In this document: piece by piece, positions 11,739 to 24,200 of the stretch | Numbering within the stretch: position 1 is the stretch's first letter | Layout: each line of letters begins with the position of its first letter | NCBI GenBank assembly: GCA_003427395.1 | Contig: BFEA01000023.1 | Coordinates: 3,009,636-3,065,370 of the forward strand | From: Chara braunii | Taxonomy: Eukaryota > Plantae > Charophyceae | Reading direction: 5' to 3' | Length of the DNA: 55,735 nt | Position numbers and translations under genes: made by a program | The notes under the pieces: model-generated | What the model was told of the DNA's origin: nothing | The model's input: only the letters and a program-made list of their open reading frames with translations | Database searches by the model: none

Positions 11739-14700
11739 GTGAGTGTGGGAGGCAACAAAATGGCAGGGGAATGAATGGATGATTTCTTGAGGGCTTGCTT
11801 GGCGTGGTCCCTCACCGGGGTGTAGTATTTACTGCCTCAGCTCTACTGCTATGTTAGGACCTTTGACTCACTATGAATCTGGACGTGAAAGCGGGTAGGC
11901 TCAGTCTAAAATTAGTACAAAGTTGCATGCGTAGCACTGGTGGGGCTGCTTCTTATCGTAGGTGCGCCCAGCTGCTGACTCTTGGCAATCAAGAATTAAC
12001 AACCATCACTGTGTTGTGATCCTGGCCAATTTCGAAGTACACATTCATCAGAAAGTACAATGCTGTCCAATTGCAAACAGAAATGAATGAACTTGAGAGG
12101 AGAGAGATGGAAAGAAAAAGAAGAAGAAAGAAAGAAAGAAAGAAGAAGATGATCAAGTGTAGTTTCTGTTCTGATAAGTTTAATATCTAATCCGTAGTCC
12201 ATCTGGCCAACAAAAAAAAAAAAAGAAAAAAAAAAAAGATGATGTACACAAGCATAGACCAATGATAATGCTTTTCTTCTTCGCCAACCACTCTCCCTAT
12301 TCCTTATCTCCTCCCCTCTTATTCAATCAAGAAATAATATAATCATATTGAATGGCTGAACCAGAATCAATGTCCGAATCCCTCTTCTACTGCAGGTATC
12401 ACATGAGGTCCACCATAGCCATGGCCACCCTTCTTCCTCCTTCCAAGGCCGAGGCTATGTCGGACTGCTAGGGCCTGGCCCTGATGTGCAGAAGACAACT
12501 CAAGCGGCTATGGCTGCTCTAGCTCAATCCGCCATGCCGGACTCTGCCTCGAAGCGTCTTGGTGTAGCTCTACCCCCGCGGGGTCCTTGGTGCAGCGCCC
12601 ACCAAGGTGATGAAGATGGCAACCACCATAGCCAGGTAAGTACCTGCGCTCCCCCTTCCTACTGCTGGTCTTCTTCCTCCTCCTGTCCTTGCTCCTCCCC
12701 AGCAGTGCTGCTCCTTGCTAGCAGCACTGCTCCAGCCAGCGCTCCAACCAGTGTGTCGCCAAACTTGCACACCAACAATGAGGAGTAGCACTTTGCTCCT
12801 CCTGGAGATATAGCGGCCTACATGCCTCTTGGGGAGTGACTTCCCAGGCTGCATGGCCGCCGAGCAACCGGTACCTTCTCCTTTTCGGAGGTAAACATCA
12901 TTGCAGACTCTGATATTGTCCGTACAGGCCCTAGACTCAGACTGGTTGGACTGGTACCTGCCTAGACCTAGCCTAGGATTACCGGGCCTCTAAAAATGCC
13001 AACTTTTGTCTCCTTCTGCTCGGCCTCGAGTACCCGGCACATCTACCTCTACCCGGTGTGGTACCGGCCTACCTGAGTGTTTTTCCACTGCTTCAAGTGT
13101 CGCGGGCCTCTTTCTCGTCTCGTCACTCGAGTGTTTTCCCCGCTGCAACCCTCAATGTCACGGCCACAGGTAAGTACCGGCCCTTCGGGCCCTCTGAACG
13201 AACAAGTGCCCTTGCGGGTCACACACACACTCAAGCCGACAAGCACTCAGACAGGCATGCAGACCAGCAAGCATGCACACACACAAGACTTAGAAAATTC
13301 AGCAACAAGTGGGAAACTCAGCAAGGCATTCATTCCATGAGCAAAACTCAGAAATTAGCTGTGTGTCTCAGTCCGTGTTTGGCAGGGTCATTACTTGAGG
13401 TTGTTCCTGCACTATTTAAAAAGCCAAAAACCAAAAAGTTAAAATGACCCAAAAGTTCAAATGCCGATCGGTTAAGAAATCAGCTGTTTGGAAGGGTCGT
13501 AATGACCCTACGGGTTGTTGCTGTTGTTTGTTTGTTTATTTGTTTGTTTGTTTGTTTGTTTGTTTGTTTGTTTGTTTGTTGATTGAGGTGGTTTTGTGCA
13601 GGCTGAACAAGTGCGGTATGTCTGATGAAGTGGCGCAATTACATAGTTTTGTTTTTTTAACTTTTGTCTTTCTGTTTTTCGTTTTTTCTTTGGTAAGTTT
13701 GATGAAGAAGATCTTTCTTGAATTGAGCAGCAGTCATTTTGTGTGTTTGTCGGTGGTGATGACTGTGATGTGCAGAGGTTTGTGCGAGGTTACCTTGCGG
13801 CGTCTCACTGGAAAGACCAGCTTCGACATGAGCTAGATTTCTGGCTAGCGCCTTTCGCATCGCCCTCATTGGTGGCATCAATTGCCCTTCCCTCTTGTCC
13901 TCCCTCCCCTCAGAGGGCCACTGCGGACACAGTTCCCTCAGCTATAAGAGATGCACGATTCACGACAATGTGTGAATCGGGGGGAAGCCTTACCCCGTCG
14001 GCGAGCATCCCGCCGTTGCTGTCTATGTTCTCTTCACTACATCCAGCCCCCCCCCTGGCCGTCTCGAGGGACAAGCAAATGACTTCCCCCCCCTCTTGTC
14101 CTGATGTACCATCTCCCAACACCATCGCAGCAACCCCATCAACAGCTGCAGGCTCACCTGTAGCGACGACGCCAGTGACTTTTTCAAGTTTACCGTCAAC
14201 GACGCCTGTCCCCGGCGGGTGGTTGGCCGGTTCGACCTGTTTCTCAACTCAGGCCAGCACGAGTTCTGCGGCAAGTTCTTCAGTGACCAAGAACCAGCCT
14301 CTCACAGCCCATGAGATAGCGCGGCATATCCTAGCACCCGTCCTTTTCATCTTGCGACCGAGGTCAAGTTTGGCGTGGCGTATTGTTGAGGGGTCGGGAG
14401 ATGCTGAGCGCCTGACTACCGCATTCACCCTTCTCTTGAAGAGCATTTCCAATACCGGTTAGTAAGTTTCTAACATACCCCTGTTCTTTGTGCTCTGTTG
14501 TGTTAAGTGAGAGAGAGCAGAAGAATCATCGTTTGTTCATCGTTTGTTTCCTGCCTTTTGGTTTTGTATGCTGGGGCCTTGTAGATCAAAAGCGCATCCA
14601 AGGGAAAATTACTATACTGTTTGGGTAGGCGCCTGAATGAAAGTTGATTTCCTTTCTGTTTCTGTGGTTGGTTGGGGGGGGGAGAGGAAGAGGGAGAGGA

Positions 14701-15163
14701 AAGGAGAGGAGAGGAAGGGCCGCACGTCCTACTCTTCTTGTGTGGGTAGGCACAGCGTAGACTGTAATCTAGACTTATGTACTCCCCCCCCCCGCCCCCT
14801 CTCTGCAATTCACATTGATTATCGCATTTCGCTGCGCTCTTCATCGTTGCGAGGGCCAAGATATTCGTTGTCTGAGAGTGATGCACCGCAGTCGTTTCGT
14901 TGTTTGTACTCTGTAGTGCGTTTGCTCTAATTTTTCAGCTACGTTAAAAAGGCACGTCAATCTGTGGAAAACTGAATTTCCTGAAGCTGTTCGATTCTGT
15001 TGTTCATTGTTTTCTGTTGTCTGTGAGGGTAGGCGCAGCTTAGACTATAATCTAGATCTATGTACTTTCTGTTTCATTCGTTTCGCCGTTTGTGCTCTTA
15101 GTGTGATTGCTATAATTTTTAAGTTACGTCTTCTGTTTTTCTTTGTTCTTTTGTTGTTTGTTT

Positions 15164-15221
<58 letters not shown>

Positions 15222-18200
15222 CGCGCGCGTGTGGCTCTTCACTCTCTGCCTTCTTGTTCTCCTTCTGTTCTTTTTCCATGTTGTTTGGCTTCCTTCTTTG
15301 ATGAATCACAAGTTCGCAACCATTCTCATTGTCTTTAGCATCATCACTGTCTCTTCTCGTCCTTATCCCTTTACTCAGCTGGGTCTTGGCGTTCTTCCTC
15401 CTCTCCTTGCATCACGGTTTCAAACTTTTTTTTCGCCATAACGAATCACCACTCTTCCCTTTTCTGTTGTCCTTCACTCACTTTCTCTCCTGTGTTCCCC
15501 TCCCCTTTCTTTTCGTTGGCTTGGCCTCTTTTCTCTCCTCTGTGCCTCCCCTTTCTGTTCCTGGACGTGGCTGTGCCTTGCCATCACCATATGCTTCATT
15601 CCTGATGCTGCTGCTTTATAGCCGATGTGTCTTGCAAATCGTTGCTGGATGACTTGGCGACAGTTTTCTCCCAAACGCTATACGCCCTTGATTGTATGGA
15701 ACTGGAACGAGATCTTGTATACATTCATGCTCGGTGTGCATTGTGTGCAGGACAAGCCAATTGTTGCTTTGTCATGTTTGCATTGCTTGCTAAGGACTTT
15801 TTGCTTTGATGGTGGGTCGATCTGCATCTTTGTTCTCCGCATCCCTCTTATTCTTTGTCCTCATGCTCCTTGTTCTTCTTCCTCTCCCTCTTTCTCCTCC
15901 TCCTCGCCTATCTCATTCGTCCCCTCGTCTCTCGCCGTTCTTCTCGTATTTCGCGGTCGTACCCCTCTTCCTTCTCCGTTTTTTTCTTCGTCTCATCCCT
16001 GTATCCGCTTCCTGTTGGTAAAAGCGCTTAGCCATCTTGTGGTGTCCTACTCCTGCCTTGTTCTTCCTCCTCTTCCGTTTCCTCCTCGTCCTCCTCGTTT
16101 TTCGCCGTCATCTCATTCCTGATCTCTGTTTGCTGTTGATAAAAGTGATAGCCTCCCCGTGGCCTTGTACTCCTTGTTCTTGCTTATCTTCGTCGTCCTC
16201 CTTTTTCTTCTTCATCTCATCCCTGTTCTTGCTTCTCTTCCCCGTCCTCCTTTTTCTTCTTCATCTCATCCCTGTTCTTGCTTCTCTTCCTCGTCCTCCT
16301 TTTTCTTCTTCATCTCATCCCTGTTCTTGCTTCTCTTCCTCGTCCTCCTTTTTCTTCTTCATCTCATCCCTGTTCTCCGTTTGCTGTCGATGAAAGCACT
16401 CCCTATCTTGTTGTGTCTGTGGCACTGTGAAGGTCACTTCAGAAGTGTCGCGACTATGGCATCTGAGTGTCATGTATGTTGTTCTCTGGACAGTAGAACG
16501 TATTTGAAAACTTTACGTGTATTCTGGACGGAATGCAGAAGAACATGAGAACGCCTTCTGAAACGTGTTACTGATTTTGTATTGTTGCCTCAACTTTTTG
16601 GATGAATCTCTTCTTGTGTGTTGGCAGATCCTGTGATGAATTACTGCACATTGGCAGTGGGTAGTTCATCAGATCGTGCCACCTGGCGGTATCAGAGTCG
16701 CCGATTGTTCTCGTTGTGCTGCGCCCTTCTTGTGGGAGACAAAGTATGGGTTGAGAAAAACCGTAAAAGCCTTCTGGCTGACAGGAATGATCCTCACTTT
16801 GATGGGAGGGAGGCAGAGCGAGGGAAGAGCAGCAAGGATGTACTGGTGCATGTCTTGAGATTGATGCTGGAGCTAAGCAATGCAAAACTTTGGAAGTGTT
16901 TCGCTCATCCGCAGAGGGCGGTGGGAACTCCAGGTCGTGTTACGAGTGACGATGAGGTCATGCTCGGGGGGAACGAACTTGCTTCAAATGTGGTCCCTGT
17001 GATCGGGCAAGCTGAAGTGCCTGTCAGAGAGCTACTTTCGTGGCTTGCTGAGGGGCAGGCTGGATTGTACCCAGCGTTGCGGAGTTATGTATTACTGAAT
17101 TGCCCCATACGGGAGGATGGTGAGCGCGACAGGCAGGCAGAAGCGAACAGGGGGATGTTGTCTGTGGAGGGAGCGAAAGTCGCACTCACGATTGGCATGA
17201 GAGTTGTTATTGTCCTGTGTGAGGAGCTCGGCAAGGTGGGGGAGAGACCGCCCGACCTAGTTACCAGCACTGACACCATGGAGTATTTGCCTGGCGCTGA
17301 TTCAGATCATCCGTCTCCTTTCATGTCATCGACTTCGTCGGGTGCTGCTGCGGCGCGTGCTTCAGCTCAGTTGACTTGGTATTTGCTGACGATTCCCCTG
17401 CTGACAAAGCGCATTCCACTGGAGTTGCTTCCAAGGTTCCGGCATCCAGCGGTGCTGAGCTCATGCCTACGCACTCTTCGGGTGAGTGCATCGTTTAGCT
17501 ACATCATCTCCTCTCGTGATTGCCGCTTCTCATTGCACGGATGGGTCCTCTTTGTTGGCTCCTTTGGCAGTCTGGAAGACCCAATGGTACAACAATTTGG
17601 ATTGCTTTAATTTGCGTATCAGATGCATGGCATAGTGCAGCATTCTGACCAGGAATTAGAACCATTCCTGAACCAGGACTTTGAACCAGCGATTGGAACC
17701 CAGGAATTTGAACCAGGAGTTTAACCGGACCTCCAACAAGCGATTTGAGGGGGTAATTTGAGCTGGGAATCTGAATGGGAAATCTGAATGAGTAATTTGG
17801 ACAGGGAATCTGAAATGTGAACGCAAATTTTCAACTGGTAGTTTGAGCAAGGAATGTGAAGTGGGAATGTGAACCCAGCTAACCTCAGGCATGTAAACCA
17901 GGAACCGCAGCAAGAAAAAATGAAGAGGACGAGTAAATTCGAATTCGACTCGTTGAATTGAGTGAGTGAATTTGAATTGAACGAGTATGATTTGGATTAA
18001 ACGAGTAGTTTGATTTGAATCAACCAAGTATAATTTGAATTGAACGAGTATGTTTTGAATTGAATGAGTGCTGAAAGATTTGCTGGATGAGTCGTGAGGA
18101 GTGTCAGACGAGTGACAACGAGTCTTGGATGAGCGACGAGTGACAACAAATTCTTGAACAAGCGACATGTAGTGTTAGATGTGTTAGATGAGTGAAAGTG

Positions 18201-21200
18201 GGAAGGGGTGTTGGATGCCACTAAAAGTGGGAAGGAGTGTCGGATGAGCGACGAGTGACAAGGAGCACTGGATGAGTGACGAGTGCCAAGGAGTGTTTGA
18301 TGGATGACGAGTGACGAGGAGTGTTGGATGACGAATGACAAGGTGTTGGATGTCAATTGACAAGGTGTTGGAGGACGAGTGACAAGGTGTTAGATGAATG
18401 ACCACGGTCGTCCTCCGAACGCAACGCACCCTGAAAATGAATGTATACAAGTCATCTTTCTGGTTCGATGCAGCCAAAATGAGGGTGCGTTGTGTTCGGG
18501 AGAAGACTGTAGTGATGAAAGAGTGTTGGATGACTAAGTTTTGATGAGGAGTTTTGGATGGTGGAAGGCGGGGATAGTTGGATGAGCGGCAAGTTACAAA
18601 CGACTGTTGGACGAGTGACAATTAGTGAAACGAGTGGCGAGGAGTGTCTCACGAGTGACAAGGAGTACTGGAGGGGGAGTGTTGGACGGGGGAGTAGCGG
18701 CAAGGAGTATTGGATGAGTGAGGAGTGGCAAGGGGCAAGGAGTGTTGGATGAGTGATGAGTGCCGAGTATTGGATGAGCGACGAGTTGTGAGTGTTGGGT
18801 GAGTGACGAGTGGCACGGACGGATTGTTGGGCGAGTGACGAGTGGCACGGATTGTTGGGCGAGTGACGAGTGGCACAAAAATTGTTGGGCGAGTGACGCG
18901 TGGCAAGGATTGTTGGGCGAGTGACGAGTGGCAAGGATTGTTGGTTGAGTGACGAGTGACAACGAGTGTTGGACGAATGACGATAGGCAGGTAGTGTCGG
19001 ACAAGTGATGAGTGGGAAGGAGCGCTGGATGGATGACAAGTGAGGATGAGTGTAGGACAGCGAGTGACATGGTGTTGGACGAGGACGAGTAAGAAGCCAT
19101 GAAAGATTGTTGGATGCATGGCTTGCTTCAGACAAGGCGTGCTGGATGGTGAAGGCTGGGGAGTGCTGGATGAGTTACAAGTGACGAAAGAATGTGGGAC
19201 GAGTGACAAGGTGTGTCCTTGGGTCCCTGGAGATGGATAGAACTAATAAAAAAAAAAAGTAATCCCGGGTGAGAAGAGAGCATGAAATTTATTTCGACGA
19301 GTGACAAGGAGTCTCAGAGGAGTGTGTTTAACAAGGAGTTTTGAGGGGGGAATGTGAATGTGAACCAGCAAATCAAACCAGAGAGGGATGCAGATTGTGT
19401 GAAAATGGCATGACCAGTTGCAAAGAATTCCTATTGCCAGTGCACACTGTGCTCATCCTGTGCTGGTCTTGTTTGATATGACACAGACTCCTTGAAAATA
19501 GCCTTCGTTGATCTGAAAACGTTTTTGTGATTGCTGGGGTTCTGTGTTTTCAGTCTGTGTCCCTGGTTTGGCTTTGTTGGATTTATCCCCTATCTTCTGT
19601 GGCAGATTTGTTTGTAGGCACCACCATTCGAGTTCCATGTTGCAGTGTATGTAATTCCACTTGGGAGTGCCTGGTATCGTCTCTTTCATTGCAGCCTGTG
19701 CTGAAGGGGATTATCGGTGATAAACTCTTGTCTCTGTCTGATATTCTCTTGATGAGAAGCTCAAACGTGTTGTCCTTGACTTGTTGATCTACGTATGAGG
19801 CATGCACCGTTCAGCGAACGTCAAGACACTGTCAGTAAAAAAGAAAAAAAAAGGAAAAAAAAAGACACTGTCAGTGCTCTGCCAATTTGCAAGGTTCTAT
19901 GACAACATGGTGCAGTCTTACCTGAAAGTCTTATGTGGCGTCGTTTGCATGATTGTGGTGTTTGTTTGGCCAATTGTTTGTACTCAGGTGCCTCTTCAGT
20001 CATTGGGAAAGGTTGCAAGCAGATCCAGCCCTTATGGAGCCTTCCTTGAGGAACATGACTCGCCGACTTCGGCTCCAGGAGGAGAGTACTCTTTGCTTCA
20101 TCCAAGTGCATGGGCATTGTTCAATGTGCTCTCATTAGCTCATTCACGCAGTGGAGGAACACGCGGTGTCAGAGGCTTCATTCCAGGAGTTGTGCTGGGA
20201 GAGTACGTGCATGCTGTGTGCAACTTGCTGGATGAATGGCTGGCCTTCATGGAGGAGGAGCAGCAGTTGGGAAAGGGGGCAAATTGGGGAACCGATAACG
20301 AGGGGGATGGTGGGGAGATGCCCAAGCTGAAGCTTCCTCCTGTGGTTGAAGACGATATTTGCGTCATCGTACAGCAATGGCATATTGCATGTTTGTTTGA
20401 GAAAATGCTGCAGTTAGATTTCCAGCCGGGCGAGGAACGCTATGACGTTCAGCACCTTGGCCACATGTACCTTGGCTGGCTGCTAGTCCTTTCCTGGGAA
20501 GAGTCTAAGGTCGGAGGAACATTGCCACTCTTGCATGCACTTGCGTTCTCGCGAATCATGCGTCCAATCTTTTGGGAGTGGTTGGAACGAGAGATGGGGT
20601 TGGCCGATGTAGGTAAAATGGAGGATCAGTGGGAGGTCCCCTCTACCAAGAAGGGAGTGGAAGGATTGTCGAGAGATGTGACAGCGGTTCTAGGAGTGTT
20701 CTGTGCTGTGTACGCACATTTGTTGATGGTCGTGGATGACAGCGAGTTCTACGAAAAGCAGGTACGACTGCTACTCTCTCTCTCTCTCTGTGTCTGTCTT
20801 TTTAAGTTGGGACCATTTCTTGATTTGTACATGTCATGCTTGTGCAGGGCCATGCTGATCTTTTCTGTATCGTTCCAATTCTAATGGTTGTCCCGAAGGA
20901 CTCTGCTCTCTGTTCTTTTTCTTTCTTTGTTGATTGTTTACGTATTGCAATTTTGCTTCTACAAAATATTGTCTGCTGATATTTTGTCACCTCTTCAAGC
21001 CCCACATGGCTACAGATGCATCACAAATGGTTCTGTTCCAAGTATGCCCTTATTTGGGCTATTTTAATTTTGCACATTGTGCTCGTTTCTCATGCCCGCA
21101 GTAGTGGCTTTGCGTCTTAAAAGCATGCAGCGGGGAAAAGGTTTCCGGTTTCATTTTCTCCGCTTTGTTTCCTTCTTATTTCTTTTGTTCTCAACTTTCT

Positions 21201-24200
21201 TTTTAATTACTGTCCTGGATGCTTACCATCTCGATGTAACGATGGGCAGGATGACTCTCCAGTGTCCTCTGCCTACGTGCGAGGATCCAGGCGAATACCC
21301 GGGGCGACCAACAAACAAACCCTCTCCATTCTGTCTCTGCGGTTCCCCCTCTCTATGCTTGGCTTTCTCACCCCTCTATCGTGTTCACACTTCGTCCCAT
21401 CCCAGGTGTTTGTGAAGTGTTTGTGAGCCCACTTCACACCACCCCTCATCCCCCCAGTCTTCTGTGCAAGACATCTGTTGACCATCCTTGGCACTTCTGC
21501 TCCCCTGCCTCCCTGTCCTCGCTTTCGGTTGCAATCTATCGTGGAATGGTGGCAGTAACATCAGTTTTTCTTCCGCCTCCTCCTCCTCTCCTTCCTCCCA
21601 TTGGTGGGCAGTCACAGTTGCTGTGTTAGGGGTGACTTAAATCACCCCACGACTGTTTTCTTATCCGCTGCATCCTCGTGTTTATGCTCTTCTGTTTGTC
21701 CGTCGTCACAGCTTTCCCTGAACCACTGTGTTATGGGCCCTGGCGATTATTGGTTTGTTCAAGATCTGGAAGAGCCTTTGATTTGAAAGCTTGACGCAAC
21801 CGGTGCTGATTTCCCCCCAAAAGGGCCCAGTTACTGGGTAAACTTTTTTTTTTTTTTTTTTATAACTATTGACCAAGCAACTTCATCCTCAGCAGTCCAG
21901 CAGTGGCACTGGGCTTGGACTGCGTACCTGTACATAATCATGTGACCATCCCAGGTGTCGAAAAGTTGCTGTCATTAAGTGTGGGGGTGGTGAGCACAAT
22001 GTAACACTGCCGGTCCTTTTTTTTTTTTTTTTTTTTTAATGATTGCAACCGCCCAGTGAATGACTGCCCTGTCACCCACTTCAAGAATCAGGAGTTTCTA
22101 CGACTTTTGGCCTCGGTACACTACTCACCAAATGTCCAAAATAGAGAACGTATCTTCCTCTAAAATGTGGAAAGATGTACACACCCGCGATCGGTGTGGC
22201 GAGGCAATGTGATGCCGCCTAGTGATTTAATCTACTTCCACAAAAGTTGTGCATGAGCAACAACTCACTTTCCATGATTTGTCATGTTCATGTGGACGTC
22301 GCCACGATGTCAAATCTCTGAAGCGTCTATTATCTCGGAAGTTTGACATCCAGTTGTTGTCTTTGTAACCACTGGTTCTCCATGCTCTTGTCCCATTCTC
22401 ATGCTACTTGTGTGCATTTCCTGTTCCCTTTCCCATTCCAGTTTGTGACCATCTATATATAATCTCAATGGCTGTCTCTCCTTCCGTTATGGCTGCTCGC
22501 TAGCTTTCTGAGCACACCCAATCACGTCCCGTTCGAGTTTCTCTCTGACACAGTTCATGTTCATGTGCACATGATTTGCCTTTTGCAGGAACCATTCAAT
22601 TTGGAGAAGCATAGAGTGATTGCTGCTACCCTCAACAGCCTAGTGTACAATTCTTTGCAGCCGTTAAGTTCTTCTGCGGGAACAGTCTCTGGCCGTTCTT
22701 CTGGTGGATCAGCTGGTGCATCCTCCTCCTCGGTCCCAACCTGGCCTGGTCGAGCACTGCAGCATACATTTCTCCTTGATGCGACTACAAAACTTCTACG
22801 GTCCCTGTATGAGCGTGACTGCCGTAGGCCGTTCTGCCCGCCATCTCTGTGGCTAGCACCAGCAGTAGCTTCGCCACCGGCGGTTTCAGCAGAGGGGAAT
22901 AAAGGGAAAGACGGTCCTATACTGGACCTTGTCCTATCGAGCATTCCTCACGTGCTTCCCTTTGAGCAAAGGTGATCCATCAATCGGTCTTTTATACCTT
23001 CCCCTTTGTCCTCGCTTTCTCCCTTCCCTTCCTCCCCTCTTCCATCTCCCCTTCTCACCTTTTCTCCCTCGTTCCACATGCTATCTTCCTCCCCTCTTTC
23101 TTTCTTTCTTTTTTTTCTGAAAAAAAAAAAGCGACCCTTCTGGCTTCGGTGCGCATATTCATTTTGGGGAGCGTCACTGTGGTTCCTATTACACCGGCAA
23201 GTCAAAATACAAAATACGATGCACTCCTGCTAGAGTGACCCGAGTGAGCGGCATTGATGACGTCCAATTTCAAAGGATGTACCTCCTCTCGCCCCTGCCT
23301 AAGTTAGCCTTGTAGCATCTATTGCTACCATCTCCCCCATGCAACACGGCCTCAAGTTGTCCTTCAGTGTGCTCGGGGCCGATTGGCCGCGAAACCCCTA
23401 ACCCTCAGGGGCTTTTGGTCCTGTGCGTGTCGTCTTCTTCCTCTCTGATATACTGCCACCTGCCAGCAGTCCTGAAGGAGCGTCTACGAGTGACCCTGAA
23501 CCTCTAGTGACCTGGGAGCTCTTGGCCCCGCACTGTGGTCCTGGTTGTCTTATCTGCGGGTGCAGGCACCAGCACTACACAGCGCTTGCCACCTGGTGTA
23601 CCCCGGGGTCTCAACTGTCCCAGCTGTTGGAAGATCTCTTATTGGAGTCTGATGACCGAACCTAGACAGTCGCCTGGACGTCTCTGACCGGCTTGACCTG
23701 CAAATATGCAGACTGTTGTTTTCTGAGTATTGCTGCATGTTGGTCTGATTTCCTGAGATTTCCGTGTTCAATCCCATCTATACCCCCAACCCGCCCTAGG
23801 TGGGTATCTCACAGTTCAACATCTCAGAGAAATACAATGCCGTTCAATTGCAACTGAAAGGAAAAAGATTCAGAAGAGAAATAGGAAAAGGAGGAAGAAG
23901 AAATAAGAATGGAAGAAGAAAAAGGCAAAGAAGATGAACACTTCTCACTCATCTTGCCACCAGCTCCCTCCTCCAGCAACTCCCCCAACATAACCAATAA
24001 CAATGAATGAACGGACCAGAATCCAATAACAATGAATGAACGGACCAGAATCAATGTTCAAATCCTCCCCTTGCGGCCAGCCACTCAAGAAGTCCACCAT
24101 AGTCATCCTACACCTTCTTCCACTACTTGGCTAAGCTGGTAGCTATGTCAGACCGTCCGAGCCTGGCTCCGATGTCCGGAGGACAACGTGACATTACTCT

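Noticed and set aside
14462-14467. Stronger-looking donor gtaagt for exon B
   Set aside because: It gives phase 2, which is incompatible with the phase-1 acceptor at 16628. The gttagt donor at 14458 keeps the frame.
18184-19209. Several 145-227 aa minus-strand ORFs and a superficially CRISPR-like array
   Set aside because: These are translations of a degenerate minisatellite with no unique spacers; the context is eukaryotic with no cas genes.
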